NCBI GenBank assembly: GCA_039919545.1 | Contig: JBDSFL010000342.1 | Coordinates: 1 to 39,473, forward strand | Source of the DNA: Thermoanaerobaculia bacterium | GTDB taxonomy: Bacteria > Acidobacteriota > Thermoanaerobaculia > UBA5066 | Reading direction: 5' to 3' | DNA: 39,473 bases | In this document: positions 1-11,872 of the stretch, piece by piece | How positions within the stretch are numbered: the first letter of the stretch is position 1 | Layout of the letters: each line of letters starts with the position of its first letter | Position numbers and translations under genes: made by a program | Notes under the pieces: model-generated | What the model saw: the letters and a program-made list of their open reading frames with translations, nothing else | Told to the model about the DNA's origin: nothing | Database searches by the model: none

Positions 1-523
1 GGGGCGCTGCTGAGCTCTTGCGACACCTGGAGCCACGGGGTGCCCGACGCGAGCCTCGCGACCGCGCTCTCGGCCTTGGCGCGGATGGGGAAGAACATCT
101 GCGAGAGCCTCAGCATCTCGGGCGCGCTCTTGCTGGCGTCGGCGTCGTATTCGCGGCGCAGCTCCTCGTCCGTGATCGATTCCAGGCGCGCACGCCGGTT
201 GATCAGCTCACGCCTCTTCTCGACCAACGTGCCGGCGAGCGCAGGGCGGATGGCGTCGGCCGAGCGCGTGAGCAGGATCTCCTCGAAGTATTGATCGAGC
301 AGGCTCGACGCCACCTGAGGCGAGACGTTCTGCGCGCTCTCGCCCGACTGCCCCTTGAGGTAGAGCTCGAAGTCGGCGAACTGGACGGGCTGGCCGCCGA
401 CGAGGGCGATGACCGATGCGCGCGCGGCGGCCCGAGGACCCCGGCGGGCGCAGCCCGTGTCCGTGAAGAGAGCCGCGGTCACCACCAGGACGGCGAGTGC
501 GCGTGTCGTTCGCCGAGCCTCGT

Positions 524-527
<4 letters not shown>
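1..527 (-). CDS. SurA-like / PpiC-type peptidyl-prolyl isomerase lipoprotein, N-terminal part (3' end runs off the window)
   Basis: Absent from the ORF track because it has no stop in the window. My translation of the reverse strand from GTG at 527 gives VNEARRTTRALAVLVVTAALFTDTGC (signal peptide plus Cys, lipoprotein-like). It continues ...SVIALVGGQPVQFADFELYLKGQSG...LLDQYFEEILL...ITDEELRREYDADASKSAPEMLRLSQMFFP... and stays stop-free to position 1. The GTG overlaps the mfd stop (GTGA at 524-527). The family call rests on resemblance to SurA_N/rotamase proteins, from memory. Confidence 0.55.
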
Positions 528-4054
<3,527 letters not shown>

Positions 4055-4152
4055 GGGCTGATTATGACGAAAGCCGCCCGGGCCGTCGCAGCGCGCTTTT
4101 CGGGGAAAGGTGTCCCGGGAACTTCCGGGGCGCGGGGGCGATCGAAGGGAGC

Positions 4153-5073
4153 GTGGAGTTCCAGGCAAGGGTTCCGTCGGAACGGAACCGGTTCGTTCGG
4201 CAAGAGGCCCCGCGGCGCATGCGGTCGGAGGTGCGCCGCATCTGGAAGCTTTATGCCGCGCTCTTCTCCCTGGTCCTGGCTTTTCTGGTCTGGAGCTTCC
4301 TCGTCGAGCCGAACCGGCTCGTGGTGCACCGCGTGACCGTGCCTCTCATCGCGCGCCAGAGCGGTGGGCCGCTCACTCCGCTGATGCCTTTGACCGTGGC
4401 CGTGCTCGGCGATCTCCACGTCGGCTCGCCTTTCATCGATCGCGCCAAGCTCCGGACGATCGTCGACACGACCAACGCGCTCGCTCCCGACCTCGTCGTG
4501 CTCCTCGGCGACTTCGTGATCCAGGACGTGCTCCTCGGAAAATTCGTCCCTCCGGAGGTCGCTGCCGAGGAGCTTGCCCGCCTTCGCGCGCCGCGCGGCG
4601 TCTTCGCGATCCTGGGAAACCACGACTGGTGGCTGGATGGCCCCCGCATCCGCACGGCCCTCGTGAGCGCGCACATCACGGTCCTGGAGAACGAATCCGC
4701 GCCAATCCAGCCGCACACCTGGGTGGCCGGGGTCGCCGATCTCTGGACGAGGAAGCCGGACCTCGAGGCCACGCTGAGAGCCATTCCAGACGGGGACGCG
4801 ATCCTCCTCCTCACGCACAGCCCCGACCTGTTTCCCGACGTGCCGAGCCGGGTCGCGCTCACCTTGGCGGCTCACACGCACGGCGGGCAGGTGGCCCTGC
4901 CGTTCCTGGGACGGCTGATCGTGCCGTCGCGCTACGGCCAGCGCTTCGCGGCCGGGCTCATCGAGGAACGCGGACGGAAGATGTTCGTGACCTCGGGGAT
5001 CGGCACCAGCATCCTGCCGATCCGGTTCCGCGTTCCGCCCGAGATCGCGCTCCTGACGCTCACGTTCCGCTGA
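4153..5073 (+). CDS. Membrane-anchored metallophosphoesterase (YaeI-like calcineurin-fold phosphoesterase)
   Basis: Metallophos signature blocks are in the right order: LGDLHVG, LLGDFV, GNHDWW, THSPD, AAHTHGGQV. An N-terminal hydrophobic helix (IWKLYAALFSLVLAFLVWSFLV) is present. An alternative ATG start lies at 4219. Confidence 0.85.
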   Translation: MEFQARVPSERNRFVRQEAPRRMRSEVRRIWKLYAALFSLVLAFLVWSFLVEPNRLVVHRVTVPLIARQSGGPLTPLMPLTVAVLGDLHVGSPFIDRAKLRTIVDTTNALAPDLVVLLGDFVIQDVLLGKFVPPEVAAEELARLRAPRGVFAILGNHDWWLDGPRIRTALVSAHITVLENESAPIQPHTWVAGVADLWTRKPDLEATLRAIPDGDAILLLTHSPDLFPDVPSRVALTLAAHTHGGQVALPFLGRLIVPSRYGQRFAAGLIEERGRKMFVTSGIGTSILPIRFRVPPEIALLTLTFR

Positions 5074-5091
5074 ATACGGGCCTGACCTTGT

Positions 5092-5108
5092 GGGGAGATC
5101 GTCTCCCC
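5092..5108. terminator. Candidate bidirectional stem-loop between convergent genes
   Basis: GGGGAGA-tcg-TCTCCCC forms a perfect 7-bp stem with a 3-nt loop. It sits in the 43-nt gap between the stops at 5073 (+) and 5117 (-). There is no U-tract on either side, so terminator function is only a guess. Confidence 0.35.
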
Positions 5109-5116
5109 GAGATACT

Positions 5117-6457
5117 TCAGAACCCGACGCGCAGCGTGGCCAGGAACTCGTCGGGGTGAATCACGCGCGCCTTGCTCGTGACGTCGTGGCGCGAGTACTC
5201 GGCGGTGAAGTCGATTCCGCGCACGATGCCGAGCCGGAACCCGAAGTCGTATTTCGTCCAGTCCCATCCGATCGACGGCGCGAAGTAGCCGGCCGGCGCG
5301 AACTCGACGTCGAACTGCGAGACGCGCACCGTGGGCTGGATCCAGTTCAGGACCGATGTGTCGCCGGAAGCGAACACGCCGTTGAGCGGGATGCGGAACG
5401 CGGCCTCCGCCTCGAACCCCTTGCGCACGAAGCCCGCGATGTCTTCGTGGATGAACTGCCCGAAGAGCTGCAGCCCCCCGAATCGGGCCTCCAGGTTCAC
5501 GCCGATCGTGGTCTTGTCGGTGCCGTCCAGCGGGAGCGAGACGCCGCCGAAACCGCGCAGCAGATCCAGCTCGCTGGTCGGCCTCTCCGCCAGGGTGCGC
5601 TGGAAATACCAGCCCAGAACGTCGACGCCGTTCTTCTTCGCTTCGCCGAAATTGAACCGGAAACCGAGCCCGCCGCCGTACTGGAACTGGCCGCGGGTGT
5701 TGAAGTCATCGGCCCGCGCCTCGTAGAGGATCGGGAAGCCCGAGGTGATCGCAGCGTTCGTGGTGCGGTCGAGGGCGCCGTTGTTTCCCGAGAGCGCGTT
5801 CGGGTCGCGCAGGAACAGCGGGTTCCCGTTCGAGACGGCGCCGCGCCAGTACACGTTGCGTCCGAGGGTTCCCCCGAGCTCGACGCCCACCTCCTCCAGC
5901 CGCGCCACCGCGGTGCCCCACAGCCCGTAGCTCTCCAGCTTCCTCAGGACCTGCTTGTGAAAGCGCGGCGCCTTGCCCGCCTGGATGTAGAGCGTGGTGC
6001 CTGGAATCGGCGTGAGCGATTCGAACTTGCGGCCGAAGCGGAGCCAGGCCTCGCGCACGCTCACGGTCACGCCCGCGCTCGTGGGATTGCGCGTGTAGAG
6101 ATCGATGAAGTGAACGACCACGCGGCCCGAGATATCGGGGGTGAAATCCCCCTCGCCCACGATCGCCACGTTCGAGATCTCGAACGAGCTGTGCGGCGAG
6201 ACGACCGTCTCGTTGAACGGCTGGGCCGGCGCGGCCGGCGTGAAGGTGAGTGTCTCGTCGCGCGAGCTGCGCCCGTTCACCCTGAACTCGCCCTTCAGGC
6301 GGAACTTGCCGGCCGTGCTGACGAGCCCCGACTCCGAGACGACCGAGCCGACGTCCTGGGCAAGCGCCCCGGAAGCCAGCAGGAGCGACGCGAACGCCGC
6401 CCCGCCGAGGGAGAAGGTCCGGACGAGCTTTCTCCGGGGCACGAGGGCGTCCTGCAT
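5117..6457 (-). CDS. Outer-membrane beta-barrel protein (porin-like)
   Basis: Signal peptide LGGAAFASLLLASGALAQD. The sequence has alternating amphipathic, Gly/aromatic-rich strands and ends in the canonical OMP terminus ...ATLRVGF. AAGGAG lies 7 nt upstream of the ATG (6465-6470, reverse strand). The subfamily (for example the phosphate-porin O/P type) cannot be determined by eye. Confidence 0.6.
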   Translation of the reverse strand: MQDALVPRRKLVRTFSLGGAAFASLLLASGALAQDVGSVVSESGLVSTAGKFRLKGEFRVNGRSSRDETLTFTPAAPAQPFNETVVSPHSSFEISNVAIVGEGDFTPDISGRVVVHFIDLYTRNPTSAGVTVSVREAWLRFGRKFESLTPIPGTTLYIQAGKAPRFHKQVLRKLESYGLWGTAVARLEEVGVELGGTLGRNVYWRGAVSNGNPLFLRDPNALSGNNGALDRTTNAAITSGFPILYEARADDFNTRGQFQYGGGLGFRFNFGEAKKNGVDVLGWYFQRTLAERPTSELDLLRGFGGVSLPLDGTDKTTIGVNLEARFGGLQLFGQFIHEDIAGFVRKGFEAEAAFRIPLNGVFASGDTSVLNWIQPTVRVSQFDVEFAPAGYFAPSIGWDWTKYDFGFRLGIVRGIDFTAEYSRHDVTSKARVIHPDEFLATLRVGF

Positions 6458-6510
6458 GGCGTCGCTCCTTTTCGGAAGATCCGAAGTGTAACGCCGCCGT
6501 GCCCGCAGGT

Positions 6511-9500
6511 TCAGGGGAGCTCGATGAGCGTGCTGCCGCCTTCCCGCACCGAGAACGGCTTCGAGTCGCCACCGGTGAGCGCGAGGATGTAGCTGCCGGC
6601 CGCGAAGTTCTCGAGCCGCCGCACCGGGCTCGCCAGCGCGACCTGCCCATCGGCTGCGAAGAGCGAGTACGCGTACGAAACGCCCGATGCGGTCAGGAAC
6701 CGCGCCTGCGTGCCGGTGCCCCCGGCGAGCGTCTTGGGCCCGGAACGGATCTCCACGTTTCCCCCCGCGGTCAGCGTGACCGGGACCGTCTGCGAGGGCA
6801 CAGAGACGCCGTCGATCGTCACCGGCGCGTAGCCCGAGGCGTCTGCCATCACCGTGTAGCGCCCCGGCTTCAACGATGGGATGTCGCCGCGCCCCTGGCT
6901 GTCGAGCACGATGCTGCCGGTAAAAACGGCGCTCTTCTGCGCGTCCAGCACGCGCACGAGAAGGCCCCTCAGCGGGATGTTGTAGATGCCGTCGCGTGCC
7001 TGGACCCCGATCCCCTCGCCGCGCGTGAGCTCGATCGTGAGCTGGTCGGTGCCGTTCTCCGCGGCGACGACCTCGCGCTTCTCGAACAGGTAGTCGTTCT
7101 TGCGCACGTTGAGCGTGTAGCTCTTGTTCTCGAGATCCTCGACGGAGAAGTGCCCGTTGCTGTCGGTCGTGAAGGCGCGCATGAAGGGGCCGGCGCTACT
7201 GCCTGCGGCGGACGAGAATTCGACGGTGGCATCCGCGAGAGGCTGCCGCGAGCCGCTCTCCACCACGTTCCCGGCGAGCCGGGCCGACGGGAAGTTCAGG
7301 TCGAGCGTCTGATCGGACGCGAGGGTCACGCTCTCGTTCCGGGCCGAGCGCCCGAACGCGCCCGACATCGCGGTCACGTTGTAGGTGCCGGGTGCCAGGC
7401 CCTCGAGGCGATAGGAACCGCCCTCGTCGGTGCGCGCCGAGGCGCTGCGCCCGCTCCCCTGCTGGCCGGCGAAGACGGTCCCGTCCGCGACGGGGCTGCC
7501 CGCCTTGCTCACGCGTCCCGAGAGGACGAACCCGGGCTCGAACACGATCTCGGTCTCGACGACCGATGCGCCCTCCGCGGTCGTGACCTGCCTGGTGGCC
7601 GTGCGTGTTGCGCCCAGCATGTCTCCCGCCTGCGCGCGCAGCTGGATGGAGCCGGCAGGAACGCCGGTCAGCTCGAAGCGGCCGTCGGCTCCCGTGCGCG
7701 AGCTGCCGAAGTAGCTCTCCGGTCCGGTTGCCGAAACGTTCACACCGGATCGCTGCTCGTCGGGAAGACCCGACACCGTGCCGCGGATGGTGGCTCCGGC
7801 CGCCAGCGTGAGCGCCACGTCTTCCTTGGAGTCTCCCTCTTGAACCACCACGTCGGCAGGTGCGCTCGTGGCGCTGCGCAGCGACGCAGTGACGGAATAG
7901 CGCCCCGCGTTGAGATGCTCGAAGTGAAAGCGCCCCGTCGCGTCGGTCTGCGTGGCCTGCGCACCCGCTCCGAACCCCATGCGGCCGAAGCCGCTCTCGC
8001 CCGCGGGGGCGAGATTCACGTCCACGCCGGCCACACCCTGCCGGCCATCGGAGAAGACGGTGCCGCCGATGGTGCTCCCCTTGGAGAGATGGAGATCCAC
8101 GTTCGCCCCTCCCTCGCGCAGCTCCACGCTCTCGGTCGTCTCGGAATAGTCGGCATGACGCGCGGTCACGCGCAGCTTCCCGACCGCGAGCCCCTCGATC
8201 TCGAAACGGCCGTCGGCATCCGTCGTGACCTCGGACTCCCCGCCGCCGATCCTCATCAGGCCGCCCAGGCCGCCCCCCTCACCGGTCTCGGAGGTGATCG
8301 CGGCCTCGGGCACGGCGCGCCCGGAGCGGCCATCGCTCACGCGCCCCTTGAGCGTGCCCCCGGCCGTCGCCTTGATCTCGACGTTCTCTTTCGTCACGCC
8401 CTCTGCCACCACGATGCTACCCACGCGCGCCGTCTGGTAGCCCTTCGACTCGACGATGACGGTCCACGTGCCGGCGGGAACGTTCGGCAGGAGAAATTTA
8501 CCGTCCTCCTGATGCACGGTTTCCCGCTCGCCGATGCCGCTCATCCGCCGGCCCGCGCCGCGGTTCACCATGCGCACCATCATCCCCATGCCGCCGCCGC
8601 GATCGGGCTCGTAGGACACGTTGTAATCGGTGATGGGGCGTCCGGTGCGCGCGTCCAGCGCCACACCCGAAATTTGTCCGGTGCCGTTCACGAGGATCTC
8701 GACGTTGTCCGCCGGCGCCAGCACGCCGCGCTTTTGAGGCCCGGGCCCTCCGCCGCCGAAGAGCTGAAGGTCGTAGGCCTGGCCGGCCTTGAGACCCTCG
8801 ATGAGGAAGGCGCCGTCCTGCCCGGTGGGCTCCTGGTCCCCTGCGCCCATCATCCTCATGGCGCCACCCGCGCCGCGGCCGGGCGGGGACGGGGAGACGA
8901 GGTAGCCCTCCACGCCGATCCCGCTCTTGGCCTTCACGAAACCGCTGATGGACGCGCCGGGTGAGAGCGTGACCACGATCGGCGCGGGCGCCTCTTCACC
9001 GACTTTCACGTCCACGCGCTCCGTCCCGAAGCCCGCCTTCTTCACGTTCAGGAAGTAGTCGCCCAAGGAGACTCCCCGCACCAGGAAGCGGCCGTCGGGA
9101 CCGCTCGTCTCGTGCGGACGCTCGGCGGAACCACGGCCGCCGAGGTTCACCGCCGCACGCATCCCTCCGCGCCCTCCGCGGAAGGTGGGCATGCCGCCGC
9201 CGAGCTCGACGTCGGCGCCCGCGAGAGGATTTCCGTCGCCGTCGCGCACGTGCCCGGTGAGCACGAGTCCGCGCCGCAGCAGCACGCCGACGTTCGCCTT
9301 CACGCCTCCCGCAGGCAGGGCCAGCCCCGCGAGCGTGGCGCTCTCGAATTCCGGATGCCCCACGGTGAGCCGCTGGTTGTCGCCCGGCGCGAGCCGCGCC
9401 GCGCGAAAGGTTCCGTCCGGACCGGTCCGGAACGCGACCGGATCGCCCGAGCGCATCTGGCGCATCATCGCGGCCATCCCGGTCTCGCCACCGCGCGCCA

Positions 9501-10719
9501 GGCGCCCCTTCGCGCCGGCGACCGGGGCTCCGTTCTCATCGGTCACGCGCCCTGCGATGGTGCTGCCGAGCGTGAGCGCGATGTCGAGCTTCCTGGTCTC
9601 GCCCGGCGTGAGCGCGAGCTCGGGCTTCTCATACGGCACGTAACGCGCGTCATCGACCCGCAGCGCATAGCGCCCCGCGGCGAGCGGACGCAGGCGATAG
9701 CGGCCGTCGGCTTCCGAGCGGATGAAGAGGAGCGACGTTCCGGCCCGCAGCCGAACCTTCGTCCTCGGCAGCGCGCGCCCGGTCTTCGCATCCACGATGC
9801 GGCCCTCGATCGAGGCGGGACCCGTGAGCACGAGATTCAGCTTGCGCTCAAGAGCGAGCGGAAGCGTGAGCCCGCCGAGCTCCGTCGCCCCGGCCTCGCT
9901 CTCGGCCACGACGCGGCCGCGCGTCCCCTCCGGAACTTCCCGGAGGGAGAACGCGCCGTCTTCACCCACCTCGACCCAGCGCGTGTCGGTGAGGCTCTCG
10001 AAGCGGACGAGCGTGCCCTTGCCCGGCGTCTTGCGGTCGCTCTCGCGAACGGTTCCGGAGATCGTGGACCCCTTGCGCAGCACGAACGGGTGTGAGACGC
10101 CGCCGGCACGCAGACCGGTCTGCCGCATCGGAGCGAAACCCTCCTTGAAGACGCCCACGGCGTTGCCCGTGGTCGTCGCTCCCTCGATCCGAAACGACCC
10201 ATCGGCGCCGGTGGTCGCGAGCACCGCGGCCCGCGACACTCCGGCATCCTCGAGCCGGTCCCGGCCCGCCAGGAGCGTGACCTCGGCATCGGGCACCGGC
10301 GCGCCAGCGGCGTCCACCACGCGACCCGCCAGCTTCTCGCCGCGCGCGATCGTCTGATCGCCCAGCTCCTCCGTCTCGCCGCTGCCGTAGATTCCGTCGA
10401 GCACGGTGGCGGCGACGCCCACCCCTTCGAACCGCACACGGAAGTCCGTCTCGGCCTTCGCCCGGTCGTGTGGCACGACCAGAGTGAAAGAGCCGTTCGC
10501 CGCGGTGGTGGCCGATGCGAGCGGCGCAGGAGCGGCGGTCTTTCGTGCCTGGCGCCGCGCGAGGGCAAGCGGCGTCTCGTACGGCACTGCCGTGACGATG
10601 ACGCCAGCAGTCGGCTTCTCGCCCGCGAGAACCCGGCCTCTCAGCTCTCCGGCGTGGAGAGGATGCGCGAGGGCGAGCAGCGTGAGCGCGAGAAACGGTT
10701 TCGCGGCGGATGAAAGCAT
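6511..10719 (-). CDS. Large secreted protein of tandem CarboxypepD_reg-like (Ig-like beta-sandwich) repeats, about 1402 aa
   Basis: ORF 6511..11082, trimmed to the ATG at 10719. That ATG is preceded by GGAGG (10727-10731, reverse strand, 7-nt spacer) and followed by the signal peptide MLSSAAKPFLALTLLALAHPLHAGE. There are about 14-15 repeats whose starts read like GRVVDAAGAPVPDAEVTL, GRIVDAKTGRALPRTKVRL, GRVTDENGAPVAGAKGRL, GHVRDGDGNPLAGADVEL, GRVSDGRSGRAVPEAAITS and GNVVESGSRQPLADATVEF. The ORF's upstream 121 codons are R/S/P-rich and overlap egtD. Confidence 0.75.
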   Translation of the reverse strand: MLSSAAKPFLALTLLALAHPLHAGELRGRVLAGEKPTAGVIVTAVPYETPLALARRQARKTAAPAPLASATTAANGSFTLVVPHDRAKAETDFRVRFEGVGVAATVLDGIYGSGETEELGDQTIARGEKLAGRVVDAAGAPVPDAEVTLLAGRDRLEDAGVSRAAVLATTGADGSFRIEGATTTGNAVGVFKEGFAPMRQTGLRAGGVSHPFVLRKGSTISGTVRESDRKTPGKGTLVRFESLTDTRWVEVGEDGAFSLREVPEGTRGRVVAESEAGATELGGLTLPLALERKLNLVLTGPASIEGRIVDAKTGRALPRTKVRLRAGTSLLFIRSEADGRYRLRPLAAGRYALRVDDARYVPYEKPELALTPGETRKLDIALTLGSTIAGRVTDENGAPVAGAKGRLARGGETGMAAMMRQMRSGDPVAFRTGPDGTFRAARLAPGDNQRLTVGHPEFESATLAGLALPAGGVKANVGVLLRRGLVLTGHVRDGDGNPLAGADVELGGGMPTFRGGRGGMRAAVNLGGRGSAERPHETSGPDGRFLVRGVSLGDYFLNVKKAGFGTERVDVKVGEEAPAPIVVTLSPGASISGFVKAKSGIGVEGYLVSPSPPGRGAGGAMRMMGAGDQEPTGQDGAFLIEGLKAGQAYDLQLFGGGGPGPQKRGVLAPADNVEILVNGTGQISGVALDARTGRPITDYNVSYEPDRGGGMGMMVRMVNRGAGRRMSGIGERETVHQEDGKFLLPNVPAGTWTVIVESKGYQTARVGSIVVAEGVTKENVEIKATAGGTLKGRVSDGRSGRAVPEAAITSETGEGGGLGGLMRIGGGESEVTTDADGRFEIEGLAVGKLRVTARHADYSETTESVELREGGANVDLHLSKGSTIGGTVFSDGRQGVAGVDVNLAPAGESGFGRMGFGAGAQATQTDATGRFHFEHLNAGRYSVTASLRSATSAPADVVVQEGDSKEDVALTLAAGATIRGTVSGLPDEQRSGVNVSATGPESYFGSSRTGADGRFELTGVPAGSIQLRAQAGDMLGATRTATRQVTTAEGASVVETEIVFEPGFVLSGRVSKAGSPVADGTVFAGQQGSGRSASARTDEGGSYRLEGLAPGTYNVTAMSGAFGRSARNESVTLASDQTLDLNFPSARLAGNVVESGSRQPLADATVEFSSAAGSSAGPFMRAFTTDSNGHFSVEDLENKSYTLNVRKNDYLFEKREVVAAENGTDQLTIELTRGEGIGVQARDGIYNIPLRGLLVRVLDAQKSAVFTGSIVLDSQGRGDIPSLKPGRYTVMADASGYAPVTIDGVSVPSQTVPVTLTAGGNVEIRSGPKTLAGGTGTQARFLTASGVSYAYSLFAADGQVALASPVRRLENFAAGSYILALTGGDSKPFSVREGGSTLIELP

Positions 10720-10853
10720 CAGGAGACCTCCGAAGTCGATTCGTCGTGCACGATGCGGACGAGGCGAACGGTGCGGAACAGCAACTTGCACGCCACGCTC
10801 TCGATCGCGCGCGTTTTCGAATTCCAGTGAGACGCAGGCGCGCCGTGGCGCGT

Positions 10854-11831
10854 TTACTTGGGACGCAGCAGGATCAGAGCGTACCGCGCTTCCTCGTCCA
10901 CGAAGCGGCGCTCCAGGCGAAACCCTTGGCTCTCGGCTTGGCCGGCGAGGCGACCCAGCTCGAACTTGTACGAGCTCTCCGTGAAGATCGATTCCCCTTC
11001 CTCGAATGAGGGAGAGATTCCCGATTCCGGGATGTCGACCCTCAGCGCTCGTGTCGCGACGAGATGCATCTCGACGCGGCATTCGGCGGCGTTCCAGCGC
11101 GCGCGATGCGTGAAGGCTTCCAGCGGAAACGCGGAGCCCAGCTCGCGATTGATCCGCACGAGCAGGTTCTTGTTGAACGCCGCCGTGACTCCGAGCGGAT
11201 CGTCATACGCGAGCAGGAGCCGGCCTTCTTCCTTCACCAGATCCACGCCGAGAAGGAACCCGTCGCCTGGACGCAGCGATCGGCGGACACGGCCCAGAAA
11301 CGCGGCGTCGGTGGGAGGCTCGAAGTTCCCCAGATTGGAGCCGAGGAAAAGGACGAGCCGCGGGTCGGCGCCCGTTCGTGCCGCGGCGATCGAATCGAGC
11401 CCCTGCTCGAAGGTGGCGCAGCGCGCGGTTGACGTCACGCCCGAGAGGCTCGACAAGCGGTGGGACGCGAGGTCGAGCGCCGAGGCGGAGATGTCCACGA
11501 GGTCGACCATCAGAGTCCGCTCGTCACCACGCCCCGCTTCGATGAAGAGCGCGAGCTTCTCGCCGTTTCCCGGCCCGAGCTCGACGATGCCGAGCGGATC
11601 GGGAAAGGCGGAGAGAACCTCGGCCGCATGAAGCGCGATGAGCGCCGATTCCGCGCGCGTGATCGGGTACCAGGGCAGCCGGCAGATCGCATCGAACAGC
11701 AGCGAGCCGAGCTCGTCGTAAAAATATCTGGGCGACAGGCTCTTCGGCGTGCTCGAGAGCCCCGTCCTCACATCTTCCCTGAATTCCCCTCGAGTTCCCG
11801 ACGCCACCTCGACGGCCGGGCTGGCGCTCAC
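10854..11831 (-). CDS. egtD: L-histidine N-alpha-methyltransferase (ergothioneine biosynthesis EgtD)
   Basis: Within ORF 10854..12242. From the GTG at 11831 it reads VSASPAVEVASGTRGEFREDVRTGLSSTPKSLSPRYFYDELGSLLFDAICRLPWYPITRAESALI...VELGPGNGEK. This matches the N-terminal pattern I remember for EgtD/Methyltransf_33 (..DVR.GL...PK.L.PK.FYD..GS.LF..I..LPEYY.TR.E). The length of 325 aa fits. It lies immediately downstream of egtB. Confidence 0.85.
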   Translation of the reverse strand: MSASPAVEVASGTRGEFREDVRTGLSSTPKSLSPRYFYDELGSLLFDAICRLPWYPITRAESALIALHAAEVLSAFPDPLGIVELGPGNGEKLALFIEAGRGDERTLMVDLVDISASALDLASHRLSSLSGVTSTARCATFEQGLDSIAAARTGADPRLVLFLGSNLGNFEPPTDAAFLGRVRRSLRPGDGFLLGVDLVKEEGRLLLAYDDPLGVTAAFNKNLLVRINRELGSAFPLEAFTHRARWNAAECRVEMHLVATRALRVDIPESGISPSFEEGESIFTESSYKFELGRLAGQAESQGFRLERRFVDEEARYALILLRPK

Positions 11832-11872
11832 GTCGTCGCCTCGGGGCTGACGGTGGCGCTCACGTCGTCGCC
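11822..11872. repeat. Exact 19-bp direct repeat (TGGCGCTCACGTCGTCGCC) at 11822-11840 and 11854-11872
   Basis: Read directly from the sequence, with copies offset by 32 bp. One copy carries the egtB stop (reverse strand ...ACGACGTGA). The other carries the egtD GTG start (GTGAGCGCC). Confidence 0.9.

Noticed and set aside
6499-8964. 821-aa + strand ORF antisense to the repeat protein. Other long shadow ORFs fall in the same class: 14799..16406(-), 17186..18820(-), 17988..19130(-), 19500..21374(-), 21371..22684(-), 22830..24488(+), 24449..25999(+), 28504..29841(-), 34006..36024(-), 38227..39459(-).
   Set aside because: All are Arg/Ala/Gly/Pro-rich with no motifs. Each lies opposite, or out of frame with, an ORF carrying clear family signatures. 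They are high-GC shadow ORFs.
10720-11082. N-terminal 121-codon extension of the repeat-protein ORF, which would overlap egtD.
   Set aside because: The extension is R/S/P-rich. The internal ATG at 10719 has GGAGG at the ideal spacing and is immediately followed by a classical signal peptide.
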